This document shows, piece by piece, positions 1-9,860 of a stretch of 64,000 nucleotides of DNA; the first letter of the stretch is position 1; each line of letters opens with the position of its first letter. Below the pieces are notes generated by a model. The model did no database searches. It saw nothing but the letters and a program-made list of their open reading frames with translations, and was not told where the DNA came from. Location of the stretch: NCBI GenBank assembly GCA_050117475.1, contig JASFMR010000004.1:274-64273 (forward strand). The letters run 5' to 3'. This DNA is from Balneolaceae bacterium. GTDB taxonomy: Bacteria > Bacteroidota > Rhodothermia > Balneolales > Balneolaceae. The position numbers were made by a program, and so were the translations under genes.

Positions 1-349
1 GCAAAGCTGCCTCGGCAGAATTAAGTCTTGCAGTAGAAATGGCCAACTGTCTTTCATCCAACAAAGTAGGTGCAGTTGGTTTAACACGGGCAACAATAGT
101 CCCAGAGCGAACATGGTCCCCCACTTCCAGGCCTATTCGCTGAACAGTTCCTGTTACCGGGACCGAAATAATATAACGGTCTTTGACCCTTGTCATACCT
201 TCCTCTTCTATTGTCAATTCCATTGAATTTCGGCTGGCTTTACCAGTATCAACCGTAATGGGATTGGGCCAGAAACCATAAGTCAGCCCTGCTGCTACTA
301 TCAAGGCGATTGTACTAATGCCCAACTGTTTTTTTCTCCTGGAGTCCAT
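1..349 (-). CDS. Efflux periplasmic adaptor (HlyD/MFP family), N-terminal part; runs off window edge
   Basis: Manual translation from ATG at 349: MDSRRKKQLGISTIALIVAAGLTYGFWPNPITVDTG...EEEGMTRVKDRYIISVPVTGTVQRIGLEVGDHV. TM anchor plus biotinyl/lipoyl-like segment; directly downstream of the ABC permease. Not in the ORF track because it is truncated. Confidence 0.85.
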   Translation of the reverse strand, partial: MDSRRKKQLGISTIALIVAAGLTYGFWPNPITVDTGKASRNSMELTIEEEGMTRVKDRYIISVPVTGTVQRIGLEVGDHVRSGTIVARVKPTAPTLLDERQLAISTARLNSAEAAL

Positions 350-353
350 TGAT

Positions 354-2717
354 TTATTCCCTGGTTTTAAGCACTTCGATGAGATTGAGTTTATTCAAAC
401 GTCTTCGCAAAACTACGCTAGACAATAACGCAGAAATAATAACAGTTAGCGCGGCCAGCGCATATGTAGTGGAACTAATATTCAAGGGTATCCGGTAGAG
501 GTCGGTTTGAAGAGACCAGATTATAAAAGCTGTTAGCGCCCATCCACAGGCCATTCCAACCGGAATAGCAGCCAAGACAACAAACCATAGCTCACCCAGC
601 AAGATGTATGATATTTCCCCTCGTGTAAAACCCAGCACTCGCAAACTTGCCAATTCGCGGTTGCGTTCTGAAAGAGAAATTCTGGCATTGTTATAAACAA
701 CACTGAAAGCCGTAGCAGCTGCAAAAAGTGAAACAAAAAATGCCATGATCAACCAAGTCTGAGCCGTAGATTCGTAAAATCTTTGTATAATGCCTTGAGT
801 CGATAAAATCTCTGCTACCCGGGGGCTTTCTTTTAATTCTCGGGTAATTCGCTCTTCGAATGACTTGTCAATATTCAGAAAAGCCCCGGATACCAAACCC
901 TTCTCCGGCAATACCCGGTCTAACTCTTCGAGGGACATGTAACCACTTAGCCCAAAGTATTGGTTCATGAATCCGGCAACGGGAAGGTCTAATGTACGAC
1001 GGCTATTCTCGAGGATTTCGACCCGCAACGTATCACCCGTCTGGAGGCCCAGTATGGTGCCCAGCCTTTGGGTCAGTACAATACCATATTCCGGAAGTGA
1101 CACCTCTTGCTGATTGGCATCAAGCAAAGGCTTGAGTTTTCGATCACGGGGATACGCTTGAATACCGGTTAAGTAAGTGCGATGCCCGAATCGCATTCGA
1201 ACAGGCAAAGACCGGTATTCTTCAGCATAATACACTCCTGGCATGCGTCTCAGCTCGGAAATGGCATGAGAAGAAACCGCATCTTCAAACGATACCGATA
1301 GATCGTAAGGCTGAGCCCGGCGAAACTCAACGTCAACGGCAAAATTTACTGAATCATGGCTCATCCTGCCTATCATAACCAGAGAGGCAGCAAATGCTAT
1401 CCCAATAATACTGAAAACCGCCTTCAGGCGATGTCGGCTTAACTGACGAAGGATCATCTTCGTAGGCTGATCAAGAAAATCAGCGAGTCCAATCTTTTCG
1501 AAGAAATTTTGTTTAAATATCTGAGGAGTTTCTGGAAGCATTCCTTGGGCCGGCGGCAAGACAACTGCACGTCTGACTGCAAAAATAACGCCCGCCAATG
1601 CCGCTCCAAAACTCACCAACACAGCAGCCAGCAACACCCTGGAATCAAGGTGAAACCGCAAAAAGGGAAACCGATAAAAATCCGCATAGACTCCTGCCAG
1701 CAATTTGCCCAAGTACATACCAAGGAACACGCCTCCCGTAAGTCCGATTATGACAATTACACTTACCATTTTTACGTAATGCCAACCGATTTCGGTGTTT
1801 GTGTAGCCAAAAGCTTTAAGAGTCGCTATCTGTCCCTGTTGCGTTTGTATCAGCCTGCCAATTACTACATTCAGAAGAAAGGCCGCCACTCCAAGAAATA
1901 TAGTTGGGATGATTGTAGCCATTTGCCGTAGTTGATTAAATTCTTCGCTGATATAGAAGTGAGACTGCTGGTCTTTTCGTCCGCTTGCTCCCAGCCCTCC
2001 ATAAGGTTCCAGGATATCATCGACCCGTTGGATGACCTCGGCCTCATTTGCCTGGTATGTCAGTGAAGCTGTTATATTGTTAAAAGCCCCTTGCATATCA
2101 TAGGCGGATTCAAGTGCAGAACGTCCCATCCAGATGATAGCAAAACGCTCGAAATCGGGGATAATAGATCCCGGATTGGCCTGGTAAATAAATTCAGGCG
2201 ACAGGCCAACACCCACCAGCTTAATTTCTTTTTTTCGACCGTTTATCACGGCGGTCATCCGATCACCCGTTGTTAAGTGGTGAGCCTGGACAAATGCATC
2301 CCCCACAACGACTTCATTTAATGAATAAGGAGCAGGCATACGGCCTTCGCGTAGATATAAACGGTTCAATACCGGTTCTCCCACGTCCGGAACTGAAATA
2401 ATGAGCCCCCTGATCGGTTCATCAAAGCCTGCAACATCGATATTGGCCCCGGCAAAGATACGTACTTCGATGCGATTTATGCCCGGAATTTCCCTGATCC
2501 GAGATGCTACATTACTGGGAGCCCTCTTAAGGGAAGCAAAGATATTTGAGAAATAGTATTCATTGTAATAGGCCCGCTGGGTGCTTCGCAAGGAATCAAG
2601 CGTACTCAATAACGTCACAAAAGTAGCCACACCACTTACAATCATGATAGCTATAACAAATACCATTGCCCTCATGTTGTTGAGATCCCGAAGCATTTTC
2701 CAGTTTATTGCTCTCAT
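354..2717 (-). CDS. ABC transporter permease, FtsX/MacB-like, duplicated (two periplasmic + two TM modules)
   Basis: 787 aa with two repeats of the FtsX-type signature (QGQIATLKAFGY; RELASLRVLGFTRGEI); follows the ABC ATPase. Confidence 0.9.
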   Translation of the reverse strand: MRAINWKMLRDLNNMRAMVFVIAIMIVSGVATFVTLLSTLDSLRSTQRAYYNEYYFSNIFASLKRAPSNVASRIREIPGINRIEVRIFAGANIDVAGFDEPIRGLIISVPDVGEPVLNRLYLREGRMPAPYSLNEVVVGDAFVQAHHLTTGDRMTAVINGRKKEIKLVGVGLSPEFIYQANPGSIIPDFERFAIIWMGRSALESAYDMQGAFNNITASLTYQANEAEVIQRVDDILEPYGGLGASGRKDQQSHFYISEEFNQLRQMATIIPTIFLGVAAFLLNVVIGRLIQTQQGQIATLKAFGYTNTEIGWHYVKMVSVIVIIGLTGGVFLGMYLGKLLAGVYADFYRFPFLRFHLDSRVLLAAVLVSFGAALAGVIFAVRRAVVLPPAQGMLPETPQIFKQNFFEKIGLADFLDQPTKMILRQLSRHRLKAVFSIIGIAFAASLVMIGRMSHDSVNFAVDVEFRRAQPYDLSVSFEDAVSSHAISELRRMPGVYYAEEYRSLPVRMRFGHRTYLTGIQAYPRDRKLKPLLDANQQEVSLPEYGIVLTQRLGTILGLQTGDTLRVEILENSRRTLDLPVAGFMNQYFGLSGYMSLEELDRVLPEKGLVSGAFLNIDKSFEERITRELKESPRVAEILSTQGIIQRFYESTAQTWLIMAFFVSLFAAATAFSVVYNNARISLSERNRELASLRVLGFTRGEISYILLGELWFVVLAAIPVGMACGWALTAFIIWSLQTDLYRIPLNISSTTYALAALTVIISALLSSVVLRRRLNKLNLIEVLKTRE

Positions 2718-2729
2718 AGGGTCATAGGG

Positions 2730-3467
2730 TTACCATACCAGCTCTTGTGGTGATTTTTTGGCCATATTGCGTTGTACGTCGGCAATCTTACCATCCAATA
2801 TCCGAATCACACGGTCTGCCATACCGGCTATCACTACATTATGAGTAATCAATACCGTACATGTGCCCAAAGTACGATTTACCCTCTCCAGTGCTTCAAG
2901 TACTACGATACCTGTCTTCGAATCGAGTGCACCGGTTGGTTCGTCACAAAGCAAAACCTCCGGATTCTTAGCTATGGCACGAGCAATAGCCACACGTTGC
3001 TGTTCCCCTCCCGACAATTGGGCCGGAAAATGATCCATGCGCTCCCCCAAACCCACGATTTTCAAAGCTTCTGCCGGGTCCATGGGGGCTTTGGCTATCT
3101 CAGTAACAATGGCAACATTTTCCCGGGCAGTAAGGCTTGGAATGAGATTATAAAACTGGAATACAAAACCAACATTTAACCGGCGATACTCGGTCAGTTC
3201 TCGGTCCCCCACATGCGTCAATTCCGTATCGTGATAATAGACACTACCCTCGCTGGCAGTATCCAAACCACCCAATATATTTAGCAAGGTCGACTTACCG
3301 CTACCGGACGGGCCCAGCATCACAACCAATTCGCCGGCATACAATTTAAGGTCTATTCCCCTTAGCGCCCGTACCTGAACCTCCCCCATTTGATAGACTT
3401 TCGTCAGTCCATGTGTAGAAAATATAACTCTGCTTTCTAAATTGGCCGTATTTTGTGGAGCCTTCAT
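2730..3467 (-). CDS. ABC transporter ATP-binding protein (LolD/MacB-like)
   Basis: Walker A GPSGSGKS, signature LSGGEQQR, Walker [13 protein letters not shown]-loop ITH. Confidence 0.95.
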   Translation of the reverse strand: MKAPQNTANLESRVIFSTHGLTKVYQMGEVQVRALRGIDLKLYAGELVVMLGPSGSGKSTLLNILGGLDTASEGSVYYHDTELTHVGDRELTEYRRLNVGFVFQFYNLIPSLTARENVAIVTEIAKAPMDPAEALKIVGLGERMDHFPAQLSGGEQQRVAIARAIAKNPEVLLCDEPTGALDSKTGIVVLEALERVNRTLGTCTVLITHNVVIAGMADRVIRILDGKIADVQRNMAKKSPQELVW

Positions 3468-3503
3468 GTTACATATGTTACAACCGATGTTGAAAGCGTA
3501 CTG

Positions 3504-3517
3504 TAAAGACTTCCCTA
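3504..3517. promoter_or_regulatory. Candidate NarL/LuxR-family response-regulator box TAAAGACTTCCCTA
   Basis: Right half is a perfect CCCTA; lies in the divergent intergenic region between the ABC operon and archease-rtcB. Confidence 0.5.
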
Positions 3518-3653
3518 AATGCTTTACCTGATAATAATTATAGTCATGTAGGTAAATTACTTACAGGCATCTTTATTAAGAAAGCTCTCTTTCATTTCAA
3601 AAAATTCATCCAGTAAGCCCCATTCAATAACCATGAAAATACTACAGGGGCAT

Positions 3654-3667
3654 CAGGAACTTACCTG
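3654..3667. promoter_or_regulatory. Candidate response-regulator box CAGGAACTTACCTG
   Basis: CAGG-N6-CCTG palindrome, same 14-bp geometry as the other boxes, same divergent intergenic region. Confidence 0.45.
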
Positions 3668-3872
3668 CTAAAGATCAATATTTTGTGAACTATTTTTGTA
3701 AAACAGTTTTTAGAGCACAGTTCAATATTGTACTAAGGTGCAAAAGTGAATAAACCAGGAAAAATAGCCGCTGGTTTCTTTTTGATCTTCCCTTGACGGG
3801 AACATCACAAGTGTGCTCCGGTCTATTTTAACGTTTTCATTCAACCTAAGATGAATAAATTGTGGGTCAGCT

Positions 3873-4292
3873 TTGACTAATTCTAGCGAACTTCTTACCC
3901 ATACCGCCGATGTCAGACTCCGGGTCAGTTCTGATTCCTTGCCCGGATTGTTTGAATTAAGTCTTAAAGGCTTAAATCAACTTCTGGTTAGAAATTTTAA
4001 CCAATCAACAGCTAAAGAACGTATCAGTGAATCAATTTCTATCGTTTCTCCTGATACTACCTCCCTCCTTATCGATTTTCTCTCCGAGGTGTTAACACTG
4101 TGCCACCTTCGCAAATCCATTTTCTATGAATTTTCAATTGGGAACATGTCGGACTGTACACTTTCAGCAGTCCTTCACGGGGCAAAGGTGGATGCATTTG
4201 ATAAAGACGTTAAAGCCGTGACTTACCATGAGGCTAATGTCCATATAAATAGTCACGGAGACTGGGAAACGATCATCATTTTTGATATTTAA
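3873..4292 (+). CDS. Archease (RtcB activator)
   Basis: Motifs HTADVRL and DVKAVTYH...IIFDI at the C-terminus; immediately upstream of rtcB; TTG start. Confidence 0.9.
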   Translation: MTNSSELLTHTADVRLRVSSDSLPGLFELSLKGLNQLLVRNFNQSTAKERISESISIVSPDTTSLLIDFLSEVLTLCHLRKSIFYEFSIGNMSDCTLSAVLHGAKVDAFDKDVKAVTYHEANVHINSHGDWETIIIFDI

Positions 4293-4303
4293 TCGTTTAG
4301 GCT

Positions 4304-5749
4304 ATGATTGAACAGGCTGAACTTATAAGGATTGACGAATGCCGTTGGGAAATTCCCAAAACTGTACGCAACGATATGCGGGTTCCGGCTTCTATCTTTG
4401 CTATAGAGCAACTCATCGAAGATATCCTTCAGGACCGAACCCTTGATCAACTTATGAATGTGGCTACTCTCCCGGGCATCCAAAAGACGGCCATTGTGAT
4501 GCCCGACGGCCATGAAGGATACGGCTTCCCCATTGGTGGAGTAGCTGCAATGGATATGAAAAAGGGTGTTATTTCGCCGGGCGGAATTGGTTATGACATA
4601 AATTGTGGAGTACGACTTCTTAAATCGGATGTCTCCTACAATGATATAAAACTTTCCATTGGAGAACTGGCCCACGAGATGTCGCGTATGATTCCTAAAG
4701 GGGTTGGCCGTGGCGGACGCCTGAACCTAACGACTGAAGAAATAGACCAGGTATTACACAATGGCGCTGAATGGGCTATAAAGAATGGTTACGGTATTGC
4801 AGAAGATCTGGAGCATATCGAGTCCAAAGGCCGGCTTGCAAACGCTGATCCTGCTGTTGTTTCCGAAAAAGCCAAACAACGGGGACATGACCAGCTTGGT
4901 ACTATCGGAGCAGGAAACCATTTTGTCGAAATCGACCGAGTAGAATCTATTTACGATTCTAATATTGCAGAAATATTTGGCCTGTTTCCAGAGCAGGTTG
5001 TTGTATTGATACATACCGGATCGCGTGGCTTGGGACATCAAATAGCAACGGATTATCTTCGCCGCTTTTTGAATGCAATGTCCTCATACGGCCTCGAGTT
5101 ACCTGACCGTGAATTAGCATGTGCCCCATTTAATTCGACCGATGGCCAAGAATATTTCAAGGCTATGTCAGCGGCAGCAAATTTCGCCTGGTGCAACCGT
5201 GAGGTCATCACCTGGGAAGTGCGGAAATCCTGGGAATATATCATTAAGCAGCCCGGAAAGAATTTAGAACTCCTTTATGATGTAGCCCATAATATCGCAA
5301 AACAGGAAACCCATCGTCTAGGTGATGATCAGAAGGAATTGATTGTTCACCGCAAGGGAGCCACACGTGCATTCGGCCCCGGCCATCCGGAGATTCCCGA
5401 AGATTATAAAAATGCAGGGCAACCGGTTCTCATTCCGGGAAGCATGGGAACATATTCCTATGTGCTGGCGGGAACAAATGAAAATATGGAGCTTTCGTTC
5501 GGATCCACCTGCCATGGAGCCGGGCGACGAATGTCTCGTACTGCCGCCAAGAAGGCCGTAGATGCTCCTACCCTAAAGAAAGAACTCTTGGCTAAGAACA
5601 TCGCAGTTGAGGCGGGATCATACGCCGGGCTTGCCGAAGAAGCTCCTATTGCATACAAAGACATTGATCTAGTAGTTGAAACCGTCCACCGGGCTAAACT
5701 AGCGACAAAAGTTGCTAGATTAAGGCCTGTCGGGGTTATAAAAGGATAA
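4304..5749 (+). CDS. rtcB: RNA ligase RtcB (archaeal/eukaryote-like, archease-associated)
   Basis: MPDGHEGYGFPIGG, DINCGVR, GNHFVE, HTGSRG, VHRKGA, PGSMG, HGAGR and EEAPIAYK all present. Confidence 0.97.
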   Translation: MIEQAELIRIDECRWEIPKTVRNDMRVPASIFAIEQLIEDILQDRTLDQLMNVATLPGIQKTAIVMPDGHEGYGFPIGGVAAMDMKKGVISPGGIGYDINCGVRLLKSDVSYNDIKLSIGELAHEMSRMIPKGVGRGGRLNLTTEEIDQVLHNGAEWAIKNGYGIAEDLEHIESKGRLANADPAVVSEKAKQRGHDQLGTIGAGNHFVEIDRVESIYDSNIAEIFGLFPEQVVVLIHTGSRGLGHQIATDYLRRFLNAMSSYGLELPDRELACAPFNSTDGQEYFKAMSAAANFAWCNREVITWEVRKSWEYIIKQPGKNLELLYDVAHNIAKQETHRLGDDQKELIVHRKGATRAFGPGHPEIPEDYKNAGQPVLIPGSMGTYSYVLAGTNENMELSFGSTCHGAGRRMSRTAAKKAVDAPTLKKELLAKNIAVEAGSYAGLAEEAPIAYKDIDLVVETVHRAKLATKVARLRPVGVIKG

Positions 5750-5752
5750 CCC

Positions 5753-6859
5753 GTGAAAAACATCCCTTTAACATTATTCTTATCCGGAGACGTAATGAGC
5801 GGCCGCGGTATCGACCAAGTGCTGCCCTATTCCGTCGACCCGCAATTATTTGAACCGCACATTAAAAATGCCAAACGATATGTGGAGTTCGCTGAAAATC
5901 ACTCTGGGACAATTCCCCGTAAAGTTGCCTACGACTACATTTGGGGGGAGGCCCTGAAAGAGCTCAACCGACAAAAACCCCAAGTAAAAATCATCAACCT
6001 GGAAACTTCTATTACCTCCAGCGATAACTGCTGGAATCAGAAAGATATCCATTATCGCATGCACCCTAAAAATGTGGATTTACTCGTAACCGCCGGCATA
6101 GATGTCTGCTTACTGGGAAATAACCATGTTATGGACTGGGGATATGACGGACTCACCGAGACTCTTGATATTCTGAGTGAAAAAAAAATTATGACGGCCG
6201 GGGCGGGTAAAAACGAAACTTCAGCTGCTAAACCGGCTATCATAGAAACGTCGAACGGACGTCTGCTTGTCTTTTCATATGCCACTCAAAGCGCCGGGAT
6301 TCCCACAAGTTGGAAAGCAGAAAGCAACAAAGCAGGGGTCAACTTACTGGAAGATACAGAAATAGAAGGCGTAAAAAAGGTTATTGATGACATCAGTTCA
6401 TTTTACAAGGATAGCGACCGGGTAATATTATCGATCCACTGGGGATCCAATTTTGGTTATGAAATCCCCCATTGGCAACGCGATTTTGCTCACCGCATAC
6501 TGGAAGAAGGTATTGTTGATATCATACACGGCCACTCCTCCCACCACCCCAAAGGAATAGAACTCTATAACGAGCGTTTAATTCTATATGGCTGCGGCGA
6601 CTTGATCAATGATTACGAAGGCATCAAAGGATATGAAGAGTATCGGGATGATCTTTCGCTGCTATATTTTCCCATATTGAGTGCATCCGGGGCGTTATTG
6701 TCTCTCATAATGACTCCGATGAATATCAACGGTTTTCGTTTGCGCAATGCCGTCGAGAAAGATATCCAATGGCTTGCAGACCGTTTAAACAGAGAATGCC
6801 GAAAATTAGAAACTTCCATTTTGAGAACAGATGACGGTCGTTTACAATTAAGCTGGTGA
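5753..6859 (+). CDS. CapA/PGA_cap family metallophosphoesterase-fold protein
   Basis: GDVM, NLET, NNHVMD, IHWG, GHSSHHP and YGCGD motifs; GTG start 3 bp after rtcB. Confidence 0.88.
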   Translation: MKNIPLTLFLSGDVMSGRGIDQVLPYSVDPQLFEPHIKNAKRYVEFAENHSGTIPRKVAYDYIWGEALKELNRQKPQVKIINLETSITSSDNCWNQKDIHYRMHPKNVDLLVTAGIDVCLLGNNHVMDWGYDGLTETLDILSEKKIMTAGAGKNETSAAKPAIIETSNGRLLVFSYATQSAGIPTSWKAESNKAGVNLLEDTEIEGVKKVIDDISSFYKDSDRVILSIHWGSNFGYEIPHWQRDFAHRILEEGIVDIIHGHSSHHPKGIELYNERLILYGCGDLINDYEGIKGYEEYRDDLSLLYFPILSASGALLSLIMTPMNINGFRLRNAVEKDIQWLADRLNRECRKLETSILRTDDGRLQLSW

Positions 6860-6878
6860 AAGATCAGCTTCTTCAATC

Positions 6879-8525
6879 CTAAAATTTCAATTTCCAAATG
6901 CCAGATGCCTCTGCAAGTTTTATTGCAGATTCGTGGGACATAGAATCGTAATAAGAAACAAACCGTTTGGTTTCCTTACTGTCATAAGGTGCCAGGTTTT
7001 TTGCCCATCTGAAACCAATCGGTTGATACCACAGTTCGACTTCGATATACAATGGCCCGGTAACTTTGCCCACGTCCACGATATAAGTAATGCTGTCCTT
7101 GCCTCCCGTAAAGTCACCATCCTTTCCCGCTCTGCCGTGTACGGCTATATCCTCTTCAGCAGTTGACTTATCGAACCCATCCGGTAGGATTCTGTTATCC
7201 TTGATAAACCTAACGGCTGTAAGCAAGCCTGTTGTTACCTCATCCCCGGGTCCTGCCATTATACTTTCGTAAATTTGTACCTGGTCCGGACTGTCAATCT
7301 GGGAATAATGCTGCTCAAACTTACCGGGATTATCATCATTATCATTTCCGACAATGGAACCATCCGGCCTTAGAGAACCTGATTCAAATAAAATATCCCC
7401 TGACTCATTTTTCACGGTGAAATGAATCCAGGTACGCCGTGACGGATAAGCCGTAGGTAATTTATGACCCGCAAGATTGTCAACGGATAAATACACCAAC
7501 AGTTTATTATTAACCAATTGCAGGGTATCGATTTCAAGGCGGGCAGCCTCATTCTGTAGATGTTCAATAGTCCTTAAAACACCATTTTCCATTTCTCTGG
7601 GTAGAGCTTGAACCCCCAGGTCATTTCTGTACCGATTAAGCATTTTCATCATGAAAAAATTTCCACCGAGAAATGTATGCCTCGAAACCTGTTTCCTTGG
7701 TTGCCCCATGACCGAAGATATGGACACTTCCTCCTTTACCGTAGGCATGTGGCATGACTGGCAACTTTGATTATCTTTGAAACTGCTATGGCGCCATTCG
7801 AGGTAAGGCACCTGTTCAGGTAATTCTCCGATCACTTCTCCATCCGGGCCCAGCGACTCTGTTATCAGGGTATGGCAGGTTGCACACAGTTCAGATGACT
7901 GAATATGCTTGGATTCAGCCTGTAAAAATCCCGAGGAGGAATGCATGATATTCGAAAGGCCGGGATCTACGGCATAAGGTCCATAAACTTCTCGCTGCCC
8001 CATCGGCTTCAAGCTGTCAATTACAAATCGGCCCACAAAACTCTCATAACTTCCCAGCTTTTCTTGTGTTATCTGATGACAACTTGTGCACGAGACCCCG
8101 TCAGCAGCTAATAAATCATTGCGATTAACGGCTCGATTAACCGGTAAATGGGCAAAAATCTTTGCTTTTTGCCCATTGTACTTTGCTTCATAGTGTGACA
8201 TGGGCATATGGCAAGTAGAACATTCATTTTCAATATGAGCTTGAGATTCAGGATGGTCGGTCACTTCACGGCGGACTGCCGCATGCCAATAGGGATCTCG
8301 CGCCGAATTGGCCATCATGGTTGTTCGCCAATCAATTCCAATGGAAACATCTTCTCCCCCCGATGTAATCAACCCATTATGACAACTCATGCATGCATCA
8401 GACGTTTGAAACAGTTGGTGATAAGAGCCGACTGTTGTGTTTGGGTTCATCCCGGGAGTTGACATACTTCCTATAAAAAGAACGATCGCCGGAAATGCTA
8501 ACAGAAGTAATAATCTTTTTACCAT
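6879..8525 (-). CDS. Secreted pentaheme c-type cytochrome
   Basis: Five CxxCH motifs (CMSCH, CSTCH, CTSCH, CATCH, CQSCH). Signal-like MVKRLLLLLAFPAIVLFIG starts at 8525; the track's extra 47 codons overlap the upstream gene. C-terminal heme-free domain contains GHKLPT. Confidence 0.85.
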   Translation of the reverse strand: MVKRLLLLLAFPAIVLFIGSMSTPGMNPNTTVGSYHQLFQTSDACMSCHNGLITSGGEDVSIGIDWRTTMMANSARDPYWHAAVRREVTDHPESQAHIENECSTCHMPMSHYEAKYNGQKAKIFAHLPVNRAVNRNDLLAADGVSCTSCHQITQEKLGSYESFVGRFVIDSLKPMGQREVYGPYAVDPGLSNIMHSSSGFLQAESKHIQSSELCATCHTLITESLGPDGEVIGELPEQVPYLEWRHSSFKDNQSCQSCHMPTVKEEVSISSVMGQPRKQVSRHTFLGGNFFMMKMLNRYRNDLGVQALPREMENGVLRTIEHLQNEAARLEIDTLQLVNNKLLVYLSVDNLAGHKLPTAYPSRRTWIHFTVKNESGDILFESGSLRPDGSIVGNDNDDNPGKFEQHYSQIDSPDQVQIYESIMAGPGDEVTTGLLTAVRFIKDNRILPDGFDKSTAEEDIAVHGRAGKDGDFTGGKDSITYIVDVGKVTGPLYIEVELWYQPIGFRWAKNLAPYDSKETKRFVSYYDSMSHESAIKLAEASGIWKLKF

Positions 8526-8562
8526 AAGAATCCTCGCATCATCATTAGCTGAATCAGTAAAC

Positions 8563-9726
8563 TTACCATCCCTCGAATAATCCCCCGTCAAACCAGTCCC
8601 AGAGAAAATATACCATGAGTTGGGTATCCCGTGACGGATCATCCAAAGGCATCCTAACCCCGACATTCAGCATAATATTTTGTCGTTTATTAAGCGTTAC
8701 CTGCATTTGTGGTACTATATCCCACTGGGTCTGTGCGCCGGATTCCAACTCCCGAGCCCCCAGAAACTCAACCATGGGCGACCACGTACGTCCCCACGCT
8801 CCCTGACTTATACTGCTGCCGATAAGCCCTCGCCAAAAGGCCTCCTCAGTTGCTTTATCTCTTAAAAGCGGCAACTCCATACCTCCCTGGAACTGAACAA
8901 AACTGTTCGCAGGCAGTATCTGCCCAAATGAAAGAAAAGGTTCAATGATCGTGGTACCTTTACCAAAGCCTGTCAGCCGGTCTCCGGTAGGCAAGATCAC
9001 TTCCCCGGTGACGCTGAATATGGTACCACTGCTGAAATTATGATATAAAGCGCGTTTAAAGCCTAGTGCCAAATCTCCCAGTTGGCCTCCATTCCAGTTT
9101 CCGCCGGGATCCTGTCGGAAACCAAAAGGCACTACTAATTCAAACTGGTTACGGGCACCAATACGTTTTTCATAAACAATTTTATTCATCACACTTCCTT
9201 CACCTTCAACATCGATAGAAGAACTCACTACAGCCTCATCTTCCGGGTATGCTTTTTCCGTTACAAGTGCTCTGGGTAAATTCAAATCGCCCCTCGGCCA
9301 GTCATCATCTGTACAGAAAGTGCGTATGTGTTCTATGACGGCTTCCAACTCTTCTTCACTTAGGGTTTCACCAAAAGCGGGCATGTCTTTGGCAAAGCCC
9401 CGTACGGGCCCTCCCTGGTGCGCAATGGCAATCCAATCCGCATCAGGCTCTCGTGTGGCAAAATTACAATCCGAAAGGTCAGGAAGCGGTGTAGCAAACC
9501 CCAATTGACTTTGGGATACGCCTCTTCCTCTAATCCCATGACATGCAGAACAAGCCTTCCGATACAGGAACTCACCCCTATTCGGTTCAGTAATTGTTGT
9601 ATCAGCACCCGTGTTCACAGAAAAAGAATGGGTAACGGTCGTTTGGTTTACTGCCGCAATAAGAAAAATACCAATTATCAATAAGATTGGCCCAAAGGTA
9701 TATACTCTACTATCTCTCATGATCAA
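8563..9726 (-). CDS. Monoheme cytochrome c fused to a predicted outer-membrane beta-barrel domain
   Basis: Signal peptide; class I cyt c domain (GEFLYRKACSACHG...DMPAF...LSEEELEAVIEHI). C-terminal ~230 aa has alternating amphipathic strands (GDLALGFKR, GEVILPTG, EPFLSFG) and an aromatic end (YFLWDWF...W). Barrel assignment is inference. Confidence 0.7.
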   Translation of the reverse strand: MIMRDSRVYTFGPILLIIGIFLIAAVNQTTVTHSFSVNTGADTTITEPNRGEFLYRKACSACHGIRGRGVSQSQLGFATPLPDLSDCNFATREPDADWIAIAHQGGPVRGFAKDMPAFGETLSEEELEAVIEHIRTFCTDDDWPRGDLNLPRALVTEKAYPEDEAVVSSSIDVEGEGSVMNKIVYEKRIGARNQFELVVPFGFRQDPGGNWNGGQLGDLALGFKRALYHNFSSGTIFSVTGEVILPTGDRLTGFGKGTTIIEPFLSFGQILPANSFVQFQGGMELPLLRDKATEEAFWRGLIGSSISQGAWGRTWSPMVEFLGARELESGAQTQWDIVPQMQVTLNKRQNIMLNVGVRMPLDDPSRDTQLMVYFLWDWFDGGLFEGW

Positions 9727-9784
9727 TGAACACGTTAAATAATAACTTTAAAGAATACTAAAGCTTATTCTTATTGAATAGTAA

Positions 9785-9820
9785 TAGGTTATCACCAACC
9801 GCATTGTAGGATTTTCCCTA
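9785..9820. promoter_or_regulatory. Tandem response-regulator boxes TAGGTTATCACCAA (9785-9798) and TAGGATTTTCCCTA (9807-9820)
   Basis: Two 14-bp TAGG-N6-CC(T/A)A sites 22 bp apart (about two helical turns), in the divergent promoter of the cytochrome operon. Confidence 0.6.
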
Positions 9821-9860
9821 ATCCTACCCATTACTGCCGACTTAAATCGGCCATCAGAAA

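Noticed and set aside
3752-3783. AAACCAG-N12-CTGGTTT hairpin followed by a T-run upstream of archease
   Set aside because: Weak AT-rich stem with a 12-nt loop; not enough to call a terminator or attenuator.
5753-6859. Poly-gamma-glutamate capsule locus
   Set aside because: No capB/capC/capE in window; CapA-family proteins are widespread without capsule.
8526-8666. 47-codon N-terminal extension of the pentaheme ORF in the track
   Set aside because: Overlaps the upstream gene's 3' end; the signal peptide begins at Met 8525.
8563-9726. Calling the cytochrome-barrel fusion Cyc2 (iron oxidase)
   Set aside because: Heme domain is a full class I fold with an apparent Met ligand, and the barrel region is shorter with different motifs; only the architecture is analogous.
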